Below, in pieces: positions 1 to 11,882 of a stretch of DNA of 64,000 bases (positions within the stretch are counted from its first letter, which is position 1; each line of letters opens with the position of its first letter). Source of the stretch: Selaginella moellendorffii (Eukaryota > Plantae > Lycopodiophyta); assembly GCF_000143415.4 (NCBI RefSeq), contig NW_003314397.1:62001-126000 (forward strand). Direction: 5' to 3'. The notes beneath the pieces were generated by a model. That model made no database searches, was not told the origin of the DNA, and saw nothing but the letters and a program-made list of their open reading frames with translations. The translations under genes and the position numbers were made by a program.

Positions 1-212
1 GGGATGGCTGGAAGATCTCAAAGCTATGACTGGAACAATGAAAAGTCACACTTGCCCGAATAAACACAACTTCTGCAAAAGCTGGTCGATGTGTACGATC
101 AAATGGAAAACAACCAACTGGCTGGACAAGATTCTCGTGGATAAAGTGATGGTTCTATGGTTATAAGATCCGCATGGATCAATTCTCAGAGTGGGAAGAG
201 ACCTAAGAAATC

Positions 213-1795
213 ATGAGATCCTTGCGAAGTTCTAGCGATTCTTCCTCCCCCAGTAGCAAGATCCATGTCGTGGTCGTTCCCCTGCCCGAGCAAGGCCATA
301 TGTCCCCAATGATCCATCTCTGCAAGCTCATCGCTCGAGATCCAAGCTTCACGATCTCCTTGGTCAATGTGGACAGCCTCCACGACGAGTTCGTCAAGCA
401 CTGGGTGGCGCCGGCGGGGCTGGAAGATCTGCGCCTCCATTCCATCCCATACTCGTGGCAGCTCCCGCTAGGAGCCGATGCCCACGCGCAGAGAAATCTG
501 GCGGAATGGTTCACGGCATCCGCGCGAGAGCTCCCAGGCGGCCTCGAGGATTTGATCCGCAAGCTCGGGGAGGAGGGTGATCCGGTCAACTGCATCATCT
601 CGGATTACTTCTGCGATTGGAGCCAGGATGTGGCGGATGTGTTTGGCATCCCCAGGATCATTCTTTGGTCAGGAACCGCGGCATGGACGAGCTTGGAGTA
701 CCACATTCCAGAGCTTCTGGAGAAGGATCACATATTTCCTAGCAGAGGTACGAATCTTTGAATTTACCATGAACATTAGTTCTTTTCCTCCTTCCCTTAT
801 TCAAATTTTGCCTGTTCTTCCCCGATTCGTGCGCAGGGAGAGCTTCCCCGGAGGAGGTCAATTCCGTGATCATCGACTACGTCCGAGGAGTCAAGCCGCT
901 CCGCCTGGCCGATGTGCCCGATTACATGCAGGGCAACGAGGTGTGGAAGGAGATTTGCATCAAGCGCTCCCCCGTCGTGAAGCGCGCGCGATGGGTCCTC
1001 GTCAATTCCTTCTACGACCTCGAGGCGCCCACCTTCGATTTCATGGCCAGGGAGCTCGGGCCTCGATTCATCCCCGCGGGGCCACTGTTCTTGCTCGACG
1101 ATTCCAGGAAGAATGTGGTGCTTCGCCCGGAGAACGAGGATTGCCTTGGCTGGATGGATGAGCAGGAGCCTGGATCGGTGCTCTACATCTCGNNNNNNNN
1201 NNNNNNNNNNNNNNNNNNNNNNNNNNNNNNNNNNNNNNNNNNNNNNNNNNNNNNNNNNNNNNNNNNNNNNNNNNNNNNNNNNNNNNNNNNNNCATTCTTG
1301 TGGGTGATTCGATCCGAGCTCGTGGTGGGTGGACACTCAAATGAATCCTACGATGGGTTTTGCGAGAGGACCAAGAACCAAGGATTCATCGTTTCCTGGG
1401 CGCCACAGCTGAAAGTTCTCGCCCATCCCTCCATGGGAGCGTTTCTCACGCACTGCGGATGGAATTCCATCCAGGAGAGCATCACACACGGGATTCCAAT
1501 GCTGGGGTGGCCTTACGGGGCCGAGCAAAACACCAACTGTAAGTTCATAGTGGAGGACTGGAAGATCGGGGTTAGATTCTCCAAGACCGCGATGCAGGGA
1601 TTGATCGAGCGAGGAGAGATCGAGGACGGCATAAGAAAGGTGATGGATAGCGAGGAGGGGAAGGAAATGAAGGAGAGAGTGGAGAGCTTGAAGATCCTTG
1701 CCAGGAAAGCCATGGACAAAGAGCATGGGAAATCGTTTCGTGGCGTCCAAGCATTCTTGGAAGATCTCAAAGGTTTGAAGATCCATCGCGAGTGA
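213..1795 (+). CDS. UDP-glycosyltransferase (GT1, PSPG box), type A copy 1; exons 213-747 and 837-1795; spans an assembly gap
   Basis: N-terminal HVVVVPLPEQGHMSP with catalytic His; CIISD; PSPG box WAPQLKVLAHPSMGAFLTHCGWNSIQESITHGIPMLGWPYGAEQ; GT..AG intron 748-836 joins the two ORFs in frame. Confidence 0.93.
1193..1292. other. Assembly gap (100 N)
   Basis: Run of N; the paralog at 10394-10468 has only about 73-75 bp between the same flanks, so 100 is a placeholder. Confidence 0.99.
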
Positions 1796-1859
1796 GTGAA
1801 AGATCCATTCTTTGAAGAGAACTTTAAGAACTTTGTACCAGTTCTCAAGATAATTAATG

Positions 1860-1990
1860 TTCCAACTTCTTTGATCCATACCGGTTTCTTCCTCACTGAG
1901 ATTGCGCATAAGCATTGGAAAGCCAGACGCAGAGCGCAGGAGGTGCCAACATCCCTGCGGCGATCCTGGCTGCTCGATCCGACTCCGAGT
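1860..1990 (-). pseudogene. Remnant of the 3' end of the PPR gene at 17146-19968
   Basis: Matches the reverse complement of ~19830-19990 (ccggtttcttcctcac...gcattggaaagc...ctgcggcgatcctggctgctcgatccg). Confidence 0.85.
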
Positions 1991-2701
1991 TGAGAAATCC
2001 GCAGGGATTACCGCGAGGAGATGGAATTCCTCGCGAATGGCCGCTACCAACTGGGGATATCTTTAGCGGAACCCCCTGGGATCACCACAATGCCCTCTGA
2101 TAGACTCTGAGCAGCGTTTTACTTGACTAGATGCGAAAGAGCTTCGTTAGAACCTACATGAAAACGTTTGGAACCAATATTAAAGTCGATGCTTACAAAC
2201 TTCAGCGCAACATTGTTGCTCGGAATCTTTGCGAAGTTGCATTTGCCCAGACGAGGCATCATTTGCGGCCGAAGGGAAGACACCATTAGCGCGCTGTAGT
2301 CATGCATTTCTTTAAGAATCCGGGATTAGAGAGATGTCTTAGAGCACTTACTTAATGTTACATGCTCTTACCATGTTTTTCTTCTCTCTTTTGCTCGTCC
2401 CAGCCGCCATGCACGGAAATATCTAGATTTTTCCCAACTTAAAAGAGATCAAGATTCATGTGGCAGTTGTCCAGGCATGCAAGGGATCATTGCCCCAAAT
2501 ATCGATCCAAACTTTACAGTCCCTTAGCTTTTGGAATTGTGAAACTTAATCCCAGCGAGGGGATAATAATCCTTGGAACCATCATCAGGATCTTAATCTC
2601 CAGAAATTGGACAAAACACTAAACTACCAAGGAATCTTCTCCAGAGACGCCTAGTAGTCTAAACAGTTTACGCACAAATCTTTCCTTGCCAAAAAAAAAT
2701 C

Positions 2702-4320
2702 ATGGCTTCTACCAAGGTCCATGTCTTGGCGGTTCCAGTGGCCGCCCAAGGCCATATCTCCCCAATGATCCATCTCTGCAAGTTCATCGCTCAAGATCCA
2801 AGCTTCACAATCTCCGTGGTCAATATCGACAGCCTCCACGACGAATTCATCAAGCACTGGGCGGCGCTGGAAGAGATACGCCTCCATTCCATCCCATTCT
2901 CGTGGAAGGTCCCGCGAGGAGTCGACGCCCACGTCGTGCGAAATCTGGGGGACTGGTTCGCGGCAGCTGCGCGAGAGCTCCCCGGCGGCCTCGAGGATTT
3001 GATCCGCAAGCTCGGCGAGGAGGGCGATCCGGTCAGCTGTATCGTCTCGGATTACTTCTGCGATTGGACCCAGGATGTGGCGGATGTGTTTGGCATCCCC
3101 AGGGTCATTCTTTGGCCGGGCACCGCGGCATGGACGAGCTTGGAGTACCACATTCCAGAGCTTCTGGAGAAGGATCACATATTTCCTAGCAGAGGTACGA
3201 ATCCCCTATTTTGGCCATGAACTTTCCCTGTTCTTCCCTTGGAATTAAACGTTTCCCCTGTTCTTCCCTTGTTTTCCCTGGAATTACCCTGTTCTTCCCT
3301 TGGAATACCATCGTTCTTCCCTTTAGCCCTCTTCCCTTTGGAATTAACATCCCCTGTTCTTCCCTTGGGCTGATCGATGCATGCGCAGGGAGGGCTTCCG
3401 CGGACGAGGCCAATTCTGTGATCATCGATTACGTCCGAGGAGTCAAGCCGCTCCGCCTGGCCGATGTGCCCACGTACCTTCAGGGCGACGAGGTGTGGAA
3501 GGAGATTTGCATCAAGCGCTCCCCCGTCGTGAAGCGCGCGCGCTGGGTCCTCGTCAATTCCTTCTACGACCTAGAGGCGCCCAGTTTTGATTTCATGGCC
3601 AGCGAGCTCGGGCCTCGATTCATCCCCGCGGGACCACTGTTCTTGCTCGACAATTCCAGGAAGAATGTGGTGCTTCGACCCGAGAACGAGGATTGCCTTC
3701 ACTGGATGGATGCGCAGGAGCGTGGATCTGTTCTCTACATCTCATTTGGCAGCATCGCGGTGCTGAGCGTGGAGCAGTTCGAGGAGCTCGCGGGAGCTCT
3801 CGAGGCATCGAAGAAGCCATTCTTGTGGGTGATTCGACCTGAGCTGGTGGTGGGTGGTCACTCGAACGAATCTTACAATGGGTTTTGCGAGAGGACCAAG
3901 AACCAGGGATTCATCGTTTCCTGGGCGCCACAGCTGCGAGTTCTCGCCCATCCCTCCATGGGAGCGTTTCTCACTCACTGCGGATGGAATTCCGTCCAGG
4001 AGAGCATCGCGAATGGCATTCCAATGCTGGGGTGGCCTTACGGGGGCGAGCAAAACACCAACTGTAAGTTTATAGTGGAGGACTGGAAGATCGGGGTTAG
4101 ATTCTCCAAGACAGTGGTGCAGGGATTGATCGAGCGGGGAGAGATCGAGGCTGGCATAAGAAAGGTGATGGATAGCGAGGAGGGGAAGAAGATGAAGGAG
4201 AGAGTGGAGAACTTGAAGATCCTTGCGAGGAAAGCTATGGACAAAGAGAATGGGAAGTCGTTTCGTGGCCTCCAGGGATGGCTGGAAGATCTCAAAGTTA
4301 TGAAGCTGGTTCGCGAGTGA
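2702..4320 (+). CDS. UDP-glycosyltransferase, type B copy 1; exons 2702-3194 and 3389-4320
   Basis: MASTKVHVLAVPVAAQGHISP; PSPG box ending GGEQ; 194-bp GT..AG intron 3195-3388. Confidence 0.95.
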
Positions 4321-5184
4321 GTGAACGATGCATTCTTTGATAAGAATTTTCTATCTATCAGTTCTAAAGATAAACACATGCTAGTCAAGTAAAACGCTTG
4401 TGCCTGGGATTTGGATAATGTTGGAAATGGCTGAGTAAACAAACAAAAATTACTTAACAAAATTGTTCAGGAATGTTCTATTGCTAGTGGCCGACCATAA
4501 GTTACAATCAAAGCGAATGGACGTTAATTATATGCTCTATGTAACATTTCTTGGTGAGGAAAAAAGCAGATGCAAAATAACTGTAAGACTTAGTTAATTA
4601 AAACTAACATGAAAACGTTTGGATTTTCGATGTTTACAACAAAAAACTCTACAAATGCTTGAGTACAGTATTGTTGCTCGGAATCTTTGCTAACTTGCAT
4701 TTGCCCAGACCAGGCATCATTTCCAGCCAAAGAGAAGACAACGAGCGTTCTCTTGATCGATAATCATGCACTTATTTTAGGCTGGACTTAGCCACGGCCA
4801 TTTTGTGGACAAGAGCACCACTCATGAATTTGATTGCTCCAATGTTAAATGCTCTTACCATATTCTCAAAGGCTGGAAGCTTCCCAGCCGCCAGGTGTAG
4901 GGACAGATTTTTGCCACCTTCTCAAGATTCATGCGGCAAGTGTCCATAGGATCATTGCTTGTTCAAATTCAGGAGCTGTAATGGATCCGAAGCGAGCTTG
5001 CAATTTGGGTCAATGTGAGTCTCGTTCTAGAGCAGAATTGCCTCTCACAACGCTTATGCTAATCTTCCTTTTGTATAAGTTTTGCAGGCCTAGGGTTCGC
5101 TCTATCAACTTGTGTAAACATCCGTTGCCTTCCCCGCCAAGAAAACCATTCTAGTAAATACCAATGAACCCTGCCAAGGAAACC

Positions 5185-6707
5185 ATGGCTTCTCGCAAGG
5201 TCCATGTCTTGGCGTTTCCAGCGCCCGCGCAAGGCCATATCTCCCCAATGATCCATCTCTGTAAGTTCATCGCCCAAGATCCAAGCTTCACAATCTCCTG
5301 GGTCAATATCGACAGCCTCCACGACGAGTTCGTCAAGCACTGGGTGGCGCCGGCGGGGCTGGAAGATCTGCGCCTCCATTCCATCCCATTCTCGTGGAAG
5401 CTCCCGCGAGGAGTCGATGCCAACGTCGCAGGAAATGTGGGAGACTGGTTCACGGCAGCCGCGCGAGAGCTCCCCGGCGGTCTCGAGGATTTGATCCGCA
5501 AGCTCGGCGAGGAGGGGGATCCGGTCAGCTGTATCGTCTCGGATTACATCTGCGATTGGACCCAGGATGTGGCGGATGTGTTTGGGATCCCCAGGATCAT
5601 TCTTTGGTCGGGCAATGCGGCATGGACGAGCTTTGAGTACCACATTCCAGAGCTTCTGGAGAAAGATCACATCTTTCCAAGCAAAGGTACGAATCTCTGT
5701 TCTTCCCTTGTTCTTCCCTTGGAATTAAGCGTTTCCCCTATGCTTCCCTTGTATTTACCCTCTTCTTCCCTTGGAATACCATCAAATTTCCCCTGCTCTT
5801 CCTTTGGAATTAAACCTCCTCTTGTTGACGCAGGGAAAGCTTCCCCGGACGAGGCCAATTCCGTGATCAGGGCCAGGAGGTGTTGAAGGAGATTTGCATC
5901 AAGCGCTCCCCCGTCGTCAAGCGCGCGCGCTGGGTCCTCGTCAATTCCTTCTACGACCTCGAGGCGCCCACCTTCGATTTCATGGCCAGCGAGCTCGGGC
6001 CTCGATTCATCCCCGTGGGGCCACTGTTCCTGCTCGACGATTCCAGGAAGAATGTGGTGCTTCGACCCGAGAACGAGGATTGCCTTCACTGGATGGATGC
6101 GCAGGAGCCTGGATCGGTGCTCTACATCTCGTTTGGCAGCGTCGCGGTGCTGAGCGTGGAGCAGTTTGAGGAGCTCGCGGGAGCTCTCGAGGCATCGAAG
6201 AAGCCATTCTTGTGGGTGATTCGACCTGAGCTGGTGGTGGGTGGTCACTCGAACGAATCTTACAATGGGTTTTGCGAGAGGACCAAGAACCAGGGATTCA
6301 TCGTTTCCTGGGCGCCACAGCTGAGAGTTCTCGCCCATCCCTCCATGGGAGCGTTTCTCACGCACTGCGGATGGAATTCCGTCCAGGAGAGCATCGCTAA
6401 TGGCATTCCAATGCTGGGGTGGCCTTAACGGGGCGAGCAAAACACCAACTGTAAGTTCATAGTGGAGGACTGGAAGATCGGGGTTAGATTCTCCAAGACA
6501 GTGGTGCAGGGATTGATCGAGCGAGGAGAGATCGAGGCCAGCATAAGAAAGGTGATGGATAGCGAGGAGGGGAAGAAGATGAAGGAGAGAGTGGAGAACT
6601 TGAAGATCCTTGTGAGGAGAGCTATGGACAAAGAGAATGGGAAGTCATTTCATGGCCTCCAGGGATGGCTGGAAGATCTCAAAGCTATGAAGCTGGATTG
6701 CGAGTGA
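5185..6707 (+). pseudogene. UDP-glycosyltransferase pseudogene (type C 5' half, type B 3' half)
   Basis: Intron 5687-5833; 67-bp frameshifting deletion at ~5868 relative to the copy at 15466; TAA at 6426-6428 inside the PSPG box. Confidence 0.92.
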
Positions 6708-7392
6708 GTGAATGATGCATTCTTTGATAAGAACTTTCTATCTATCAGTTCTTAAGATAAAGACATGCTAGTCAAGTAAACCGTTTGTGCGGGATTTGGA
6801 TAATGTCTGAGCAAATAAACAAAAATTATTTGACATAATTGCTCAGGATGCTTTATTGCTAGTGGTTGACCATAAGTTATAATCAAAGCAATGGACATTA
6901 TAGTCTTGTGTTCTATGCAACATCTCTCGGTGAGGAAAAAAGCAAATGTAAAAGAACTGTAAGACTAAAAAATTTTTATTTTTACATAAAAATGTTTGGG
7001 ATTGTCAAAAACAAACTTTACAAATACTTGAGTATAGTATTTGAAACGAACAAGAAAGCGAACTCTAGGCTAACCTCCCAACCCTTAAAGGTGTTATGGC
7101 TTTAAATCCCATAGGTTATGGAATATTTTTAGAATATTTCTATGTTTCATGTCATTCTCCCATCCCTCATGACTCAACCACATACAGCAGCATTGAGAAG
7201 CTAAACGAGCCTCATATGAAGGGAATTCAAGACAATACGGCCATAAAAAAAACATGTGCAAACGGCAACAGAAACATTGTGACAAGCAGCCATAAAAGAA
7301 AGAAAGCAATATGGCTTTCTCACATGACAATACGGTTATGAAAACAAAAGAATGAGAATAGAACAAACAACTCAAATCATATAGCAATACAG

Positions 7393-8134
7393 TGTAAGTT
7401 ACAAATTTTTCCTTTCTAATTTGTCAACTTACCTCATCTATCCGACCAACACTGTTTTAACCTTAGTTAGGTTCCCTCACCAAAGTTTTCGCTTATTGTA
7501 CTAACTCCTACTTAGTCTTACTTGGTCCTATTTGGTTTTATCTATTCATTGCATGAGCAATAGAACATTAGCCATTTGTTCACAGATTCCCAAATTTCTC
7601 TCAATCCCCCTCCCCGAGTTAGACTGGACTTAAGGTTCGACTACACTCCCCGCAAGTATAAACAGCCAAACACACTAAGCTTCTAAATTCTTAACATCCC
7701 TTGGTACAACAAGACTTGATCATAGGACCTTCTAAATCCCAAGCCTTGGGTGCAACACTTGCTTCGGGATGTTGAGGAAAAACACTATAGCCTAATGGCC
7801 TAGTATGGGTACCTCTACTCCCCCACTTCCATCCCGAAGGGAAGACCTAAGCCCCTAAAAAGGGCGAGGATCAATGATCTACAAGGTACTTAAGTGGGGC
7901 ACCACTTCATATGAGCCAGGACCACCATAGTCAGTTTTCCTTTCGGGAGTGAGAGTTGCTCTTGAGCATTTCCTTGGTGGCCCATCCGACACCACCCAAG
8001 TCCATACCCACTCCCACCCAAGGCCCTTTGGTCCCAATCTCAACCTCAAGTCAGTTTGGAAGCACCACTGGAAAGTTCGTTCAAGATTGATTTCTGGACC
8101 TCATTATTTCTACTATACTTTTTTGGAACCCCCT
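7393..8134 (-). mobile_element. Truncated solo-LTR fragment of the chromovirus family at 31355-38795
   Basis: Begins TGTAAGTTACAAATTTTTCC, the reverse complement of the LTR end GGAAAAATTTGTGGCTTACA; collinear with that LTR up to just before its G-tract. Confidence 0.88.
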
Positions 8135-8952
8135 TCCTCCTTCATCCGCGAGAACAAGGCGAGAGCGAGCTCGACCTCGCTGTAGTTACAGTGGCCCATG
8201 ATGATCGCAGTCCAGGAAACCACGTCGTGGAACTCCATCTTGTTGAAGACGATCTTGGCATACTCCAGGCTTCCACACTTGGAGTACATATCCACGAGAC
8301 CGCTGGAGACGAACACATCCCCGGAGTACTGGTTCTTGACAATCTCGGCATGGATCACTGCTCCTCTTTCCAAAGTAGCCACCTTGACAAGCCTGCCACC
8401 TTCGACCACTGTCCCTTTCTCTCGAGCTGCGACCATGGAGCAGGCCTGGAGAGCTGCCAGATAAGTTCTCGCGTTTGGGAGAAGACCATCTTCCTGGATC
8501 CGCGAGAAGAGCTCGAGAGCTCCCTTGCCATCGCCGTTCTGGACGTAACCTTTGATCATGGTGTTCCACGAGATGGCATCACGGAACTGGATCCCATCGA
8601 AGACCTTGCGAGCATCCGCGACGAGGCCAAAGTGCGCGTAGCTGTCGATCAGAGTGTTGGCCACCGACACATCTCGATCGTTCTTGGTGGCGACGAGATC
8701 GCTGTGGAGGCTCATGAGATCCCATCTCTCGCTGCAAGCCTTGATCGCGAGCACGATCACTGGCACGCACGGCCGGATCCCACACTGGCGCATTCTTCCA
8801 TAGGTATCCCGCGCCTTCTCCCCCTCGAGCAGCCGCTTGGTCACGTACACGGGCTTGTCGGCTGTCCGGGACGGCGCCTTGAACCATTTGAGCGGCGCGA
8901 GCTGTGACAGGCGCTGCGTCGCTAGGATCGGCGATGGCCGGAAGACCGGCAT
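8113..8952 (-). pseudogene. 3'-truncated PLS-class PPR gene
   Basis: PLS motifs (VANTLIDSYAHFGLVADARKVFDGI, ISWNTMIKGYVQNG, LVDMYSKCGSLEYAKIVF); the frame runs into LTR sequence at ~8134; no E/DYW domain. Confidence 0.85.
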
Positions 8953-9414
8953 TCGATCGAGAGAGAGGAGACTTACCGCGATGGCGATGGCGGCATTGCT
9001 CCTCCCAACAGCCCTAGTTTTAGGGATTTGTCCCTTTCATATAATTTGCCAGAGATGGGTATTTTGGACGAGCAAGCGTTTTACTTGACTAGATCCAAAC
9101 GAGCAGTGTTACGTCGTTAGAACTAACTTGAAAAACATAAAGAAACAATTTAAAATAGATGATTGAAAGAAAGCTTTAGAGATGATAAACTAAAGCTTAA
9201 GAGGACAACTGGAACAATGAAAAGTCGCACTTGCCCGGGAAAGGCATTTAAAGGTTTCATAATAAACACAACTTCTGCAAAAGCTGGTCGATGTGTACGA
9301 TCAAATGGAAAACAACCAACTGGCTGGACAAGATTCTCGTGGATAAAGTGATGGTTCTATGGTTATAAGGTCCGCATGGATCAATTCTCAGAGTGGGAAG
9401 AGACCTAAGAAATC

Positions 9415-10970
9415 ATGAGATCCTTGCAAAGTTCTAGCGATTCTTCCTCCCCCAGTAGCAAGATCCATGTCGTGGTCGTTCCCCTGCCCGCGCAAGGCCA
9501 TATGTCCCCAATGATCCATCTCTGCAAGCTCATCGCTCGAGATCCAAGCTTCACGATCTCCTTGGTCAATGTGGACAGCCTCCACGACGAGTTCGTCAAG
9601 CACTGGGTGGCGCCGGCGGGGCTGGAAGATCTGCGCCTCCATTCCATCCCATACTCGTGGCAGCTCCCGCTAGGAGCCGATGCCCACGCGCTGGGAAATG
9701 TGGGGGACTGGTTCACGGCATCCGCGCGAGAGCTCCCAGGCGGCCTCGAGGATTTGATCCGCAAGCTCGGCGAGGAGGGTGATCCGGTCAACTGCATCAT
9801 CTCGGATTACTTCTGCGATTGGAGCCAGGATGTGGCGGATGTGTTTGGCATCCCCAGGATCATTCTTTGGTCGGGAAACGCGGCATGGACGAGCTTGGAG
9901 TACCACATTCCAGAGCTTCTGGAGAAAGATCACATCTTTCCTAGCAGAGGTACGAATCTTTGAATTTACCATGAACATTAGTTCTTTCCCTCCGTCCCTT
10001 ATTCAAATTTTGCCTGTTCTTCCCCGATTCGTGCGCAGGGAGAGCTTCCCCGGAGGAGGCCAATTCCGTCATCATTGACTACGTCCGAGGGGTGAAGCCC
10101 CTCCGCCTGGCCGATGTGCCCGATTACATGCAGGGCAACGAGGTGTGGAAGGAGATTTGCATCAAGCGCTCCCCCGTCGTGAAGAGCGCGCGCTGGGTCC
10201 TTGTCAATTCCTTCTACGACCTCGAGGCGCCCACCTTCGATTTCATGGCCAGCGAGCTCGGGCCCCGATTCATCCCCGCGGGGCCACTGTTCTTGCTCGA
10301 CGATTCCAGGAAGAACGTGGTGCTTCGTCCGGAGAACGAGGATTGCCTTGGCTGGATGGATGAGCAGGAGCCTGGATCGGTGCTCTACATCTCGTTTGGC
10401 AGCATCGCGGTGCTGAGCGTGGAGCAATTCGAGGAGCTCGCGGGAGCTCTCGAGGCATCGAAGAAGCCATTCTTGTGGGTGATTCGATCCGAGCTCGTGG
10501 TCGGCGGACACTCCAACGAATCTTACGATGGGTTTTGCGAGAGGACCAAGAACCAGGGATTCATCGTTTCTTGGGCGCCACAGCTGCGAGTTCTCGCCCA
10601 TCCCTCCATGGGAGCGTTTCTCACTCATTGTGGATGGAATTCCATCCAGGAGAGCATCACACACGGGATTCCACTGCTGGGGTGGCCTTACGCGGCCGAG
10701 CAAAACACCAACTGTACGTTCATAGTGGAGGACTGGAAGATCGGGGTTAGATTCTCCAAGACCGCGATGCAGGGATTGATCGAGCGAGGAGAGATCGAGG
10801 ACGGCATAAGAAAGGTGATGGATAGCGAGGAGGGGAAGGAAATGAAGGAGAGAGTGGAGAACTTGAAGATCCTTGCCAGGAAAGCCATGGACAAAGAGCA
10901 TGGGAAATCGTTTCGTGGCCTCCAAGCATTCTTGGAAGATCTCAAAGTTTTGAAGATCCATCGCGAGTGA
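9415..10970 (+). CDS. UDP-glycosyltransferase, type A copy 2; exons 9415-9949 and 10039-10970
   Basis: Same motifs; PSPG box ending YAAEQ; intron 9950-10038. Confidence 0.95.
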
Positions 10971-11039
10971 GTGAAAGTTCCATTTTTTGAAGAGAACTTT
11001 AAGAACTTTGTACCAGTGTCCAGTTCTCAAGATAATTAA

Positions 11040-11175
11040 TGTTCCAACTTCTTTGATCCATGCCGGTTTCTTCCTCACTGAGAGATGTGGCATGAGCATT
11101 GGAAAGCCAGACGCAGAGCGCAGGAGGTGCCAACATCCCTGCGGCGATCCTGGCTGCTCGATCCGACTCCGAGTT
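11040..11175 (-). pseudogene. Second remnant of the PPR 3' end
   Basis: Duplicate of 1860-1990. Confidence 0.85.
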
Positions 11176-11882
11176 GAGAAATCCGCAGGATTACCGCGAG
11201 GAGATGGAATTCCTCGCGAATGGCCGCTACCAACTGGGGATATCTTTAGCGGAACCCCCTGGGATCACCACAATGCCCTCTGATAGACTCTTAGCATTTG
11301 CCAGATAGGGGTAGTTGACTAGATGCGAAAGAGCTTCGTTAGAACCTACATGAAAACGTTTGGAACCAATATTAAAGTCGATGCTTACAAACTTCAGCGC
11401 AACATTGTTGCTCGGAATCTTTGCGAAGTTGCATTTGCCCAGACGAGGCATCATTTGCGGCCGAAGGGAAGACACCATTAGCGCGCTGTAGTCATGCATT
11501 TCTTTAAGAATCCGGGATTAGAGAGATGTCTTAGAGCACTTACTTAATGTTACATGCTCTTACCATGTTTTTCTTCTCTCTTTTGCTCGTCCCAGCCGCC
11601 ATGCACGGAAATATCTAGATTTTTCCCAACTTAAAAGAGATCAAGATTCATGTGGCAGTTGTCCAGGCATGCAAGGGATCATTGCCCCAAATATCGATCC
11701 AAACTTTACAGTCCCTTAGCTTTTGGAATTGTGAAACTTAATCCCAGCGAGGGGATAATAATCCTTGGAACCATCATCAGGATCTTATTGGCCAAAACAC
11801 TAAACTACCAAGGAATCTTTTCCAGAGACGCCTAGTAGTCTAAACAGTTTACGCACAAATCTTTCCTTGCCAAAAAAAAATC

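Noticed and set aside
9999-11099. Long antisense ORFs over UGT, PPR and CHAT genes
   Set aside because: Shadow frames of GC-rich coding sequence; no recognisable motifs, and stops differ among paralogs
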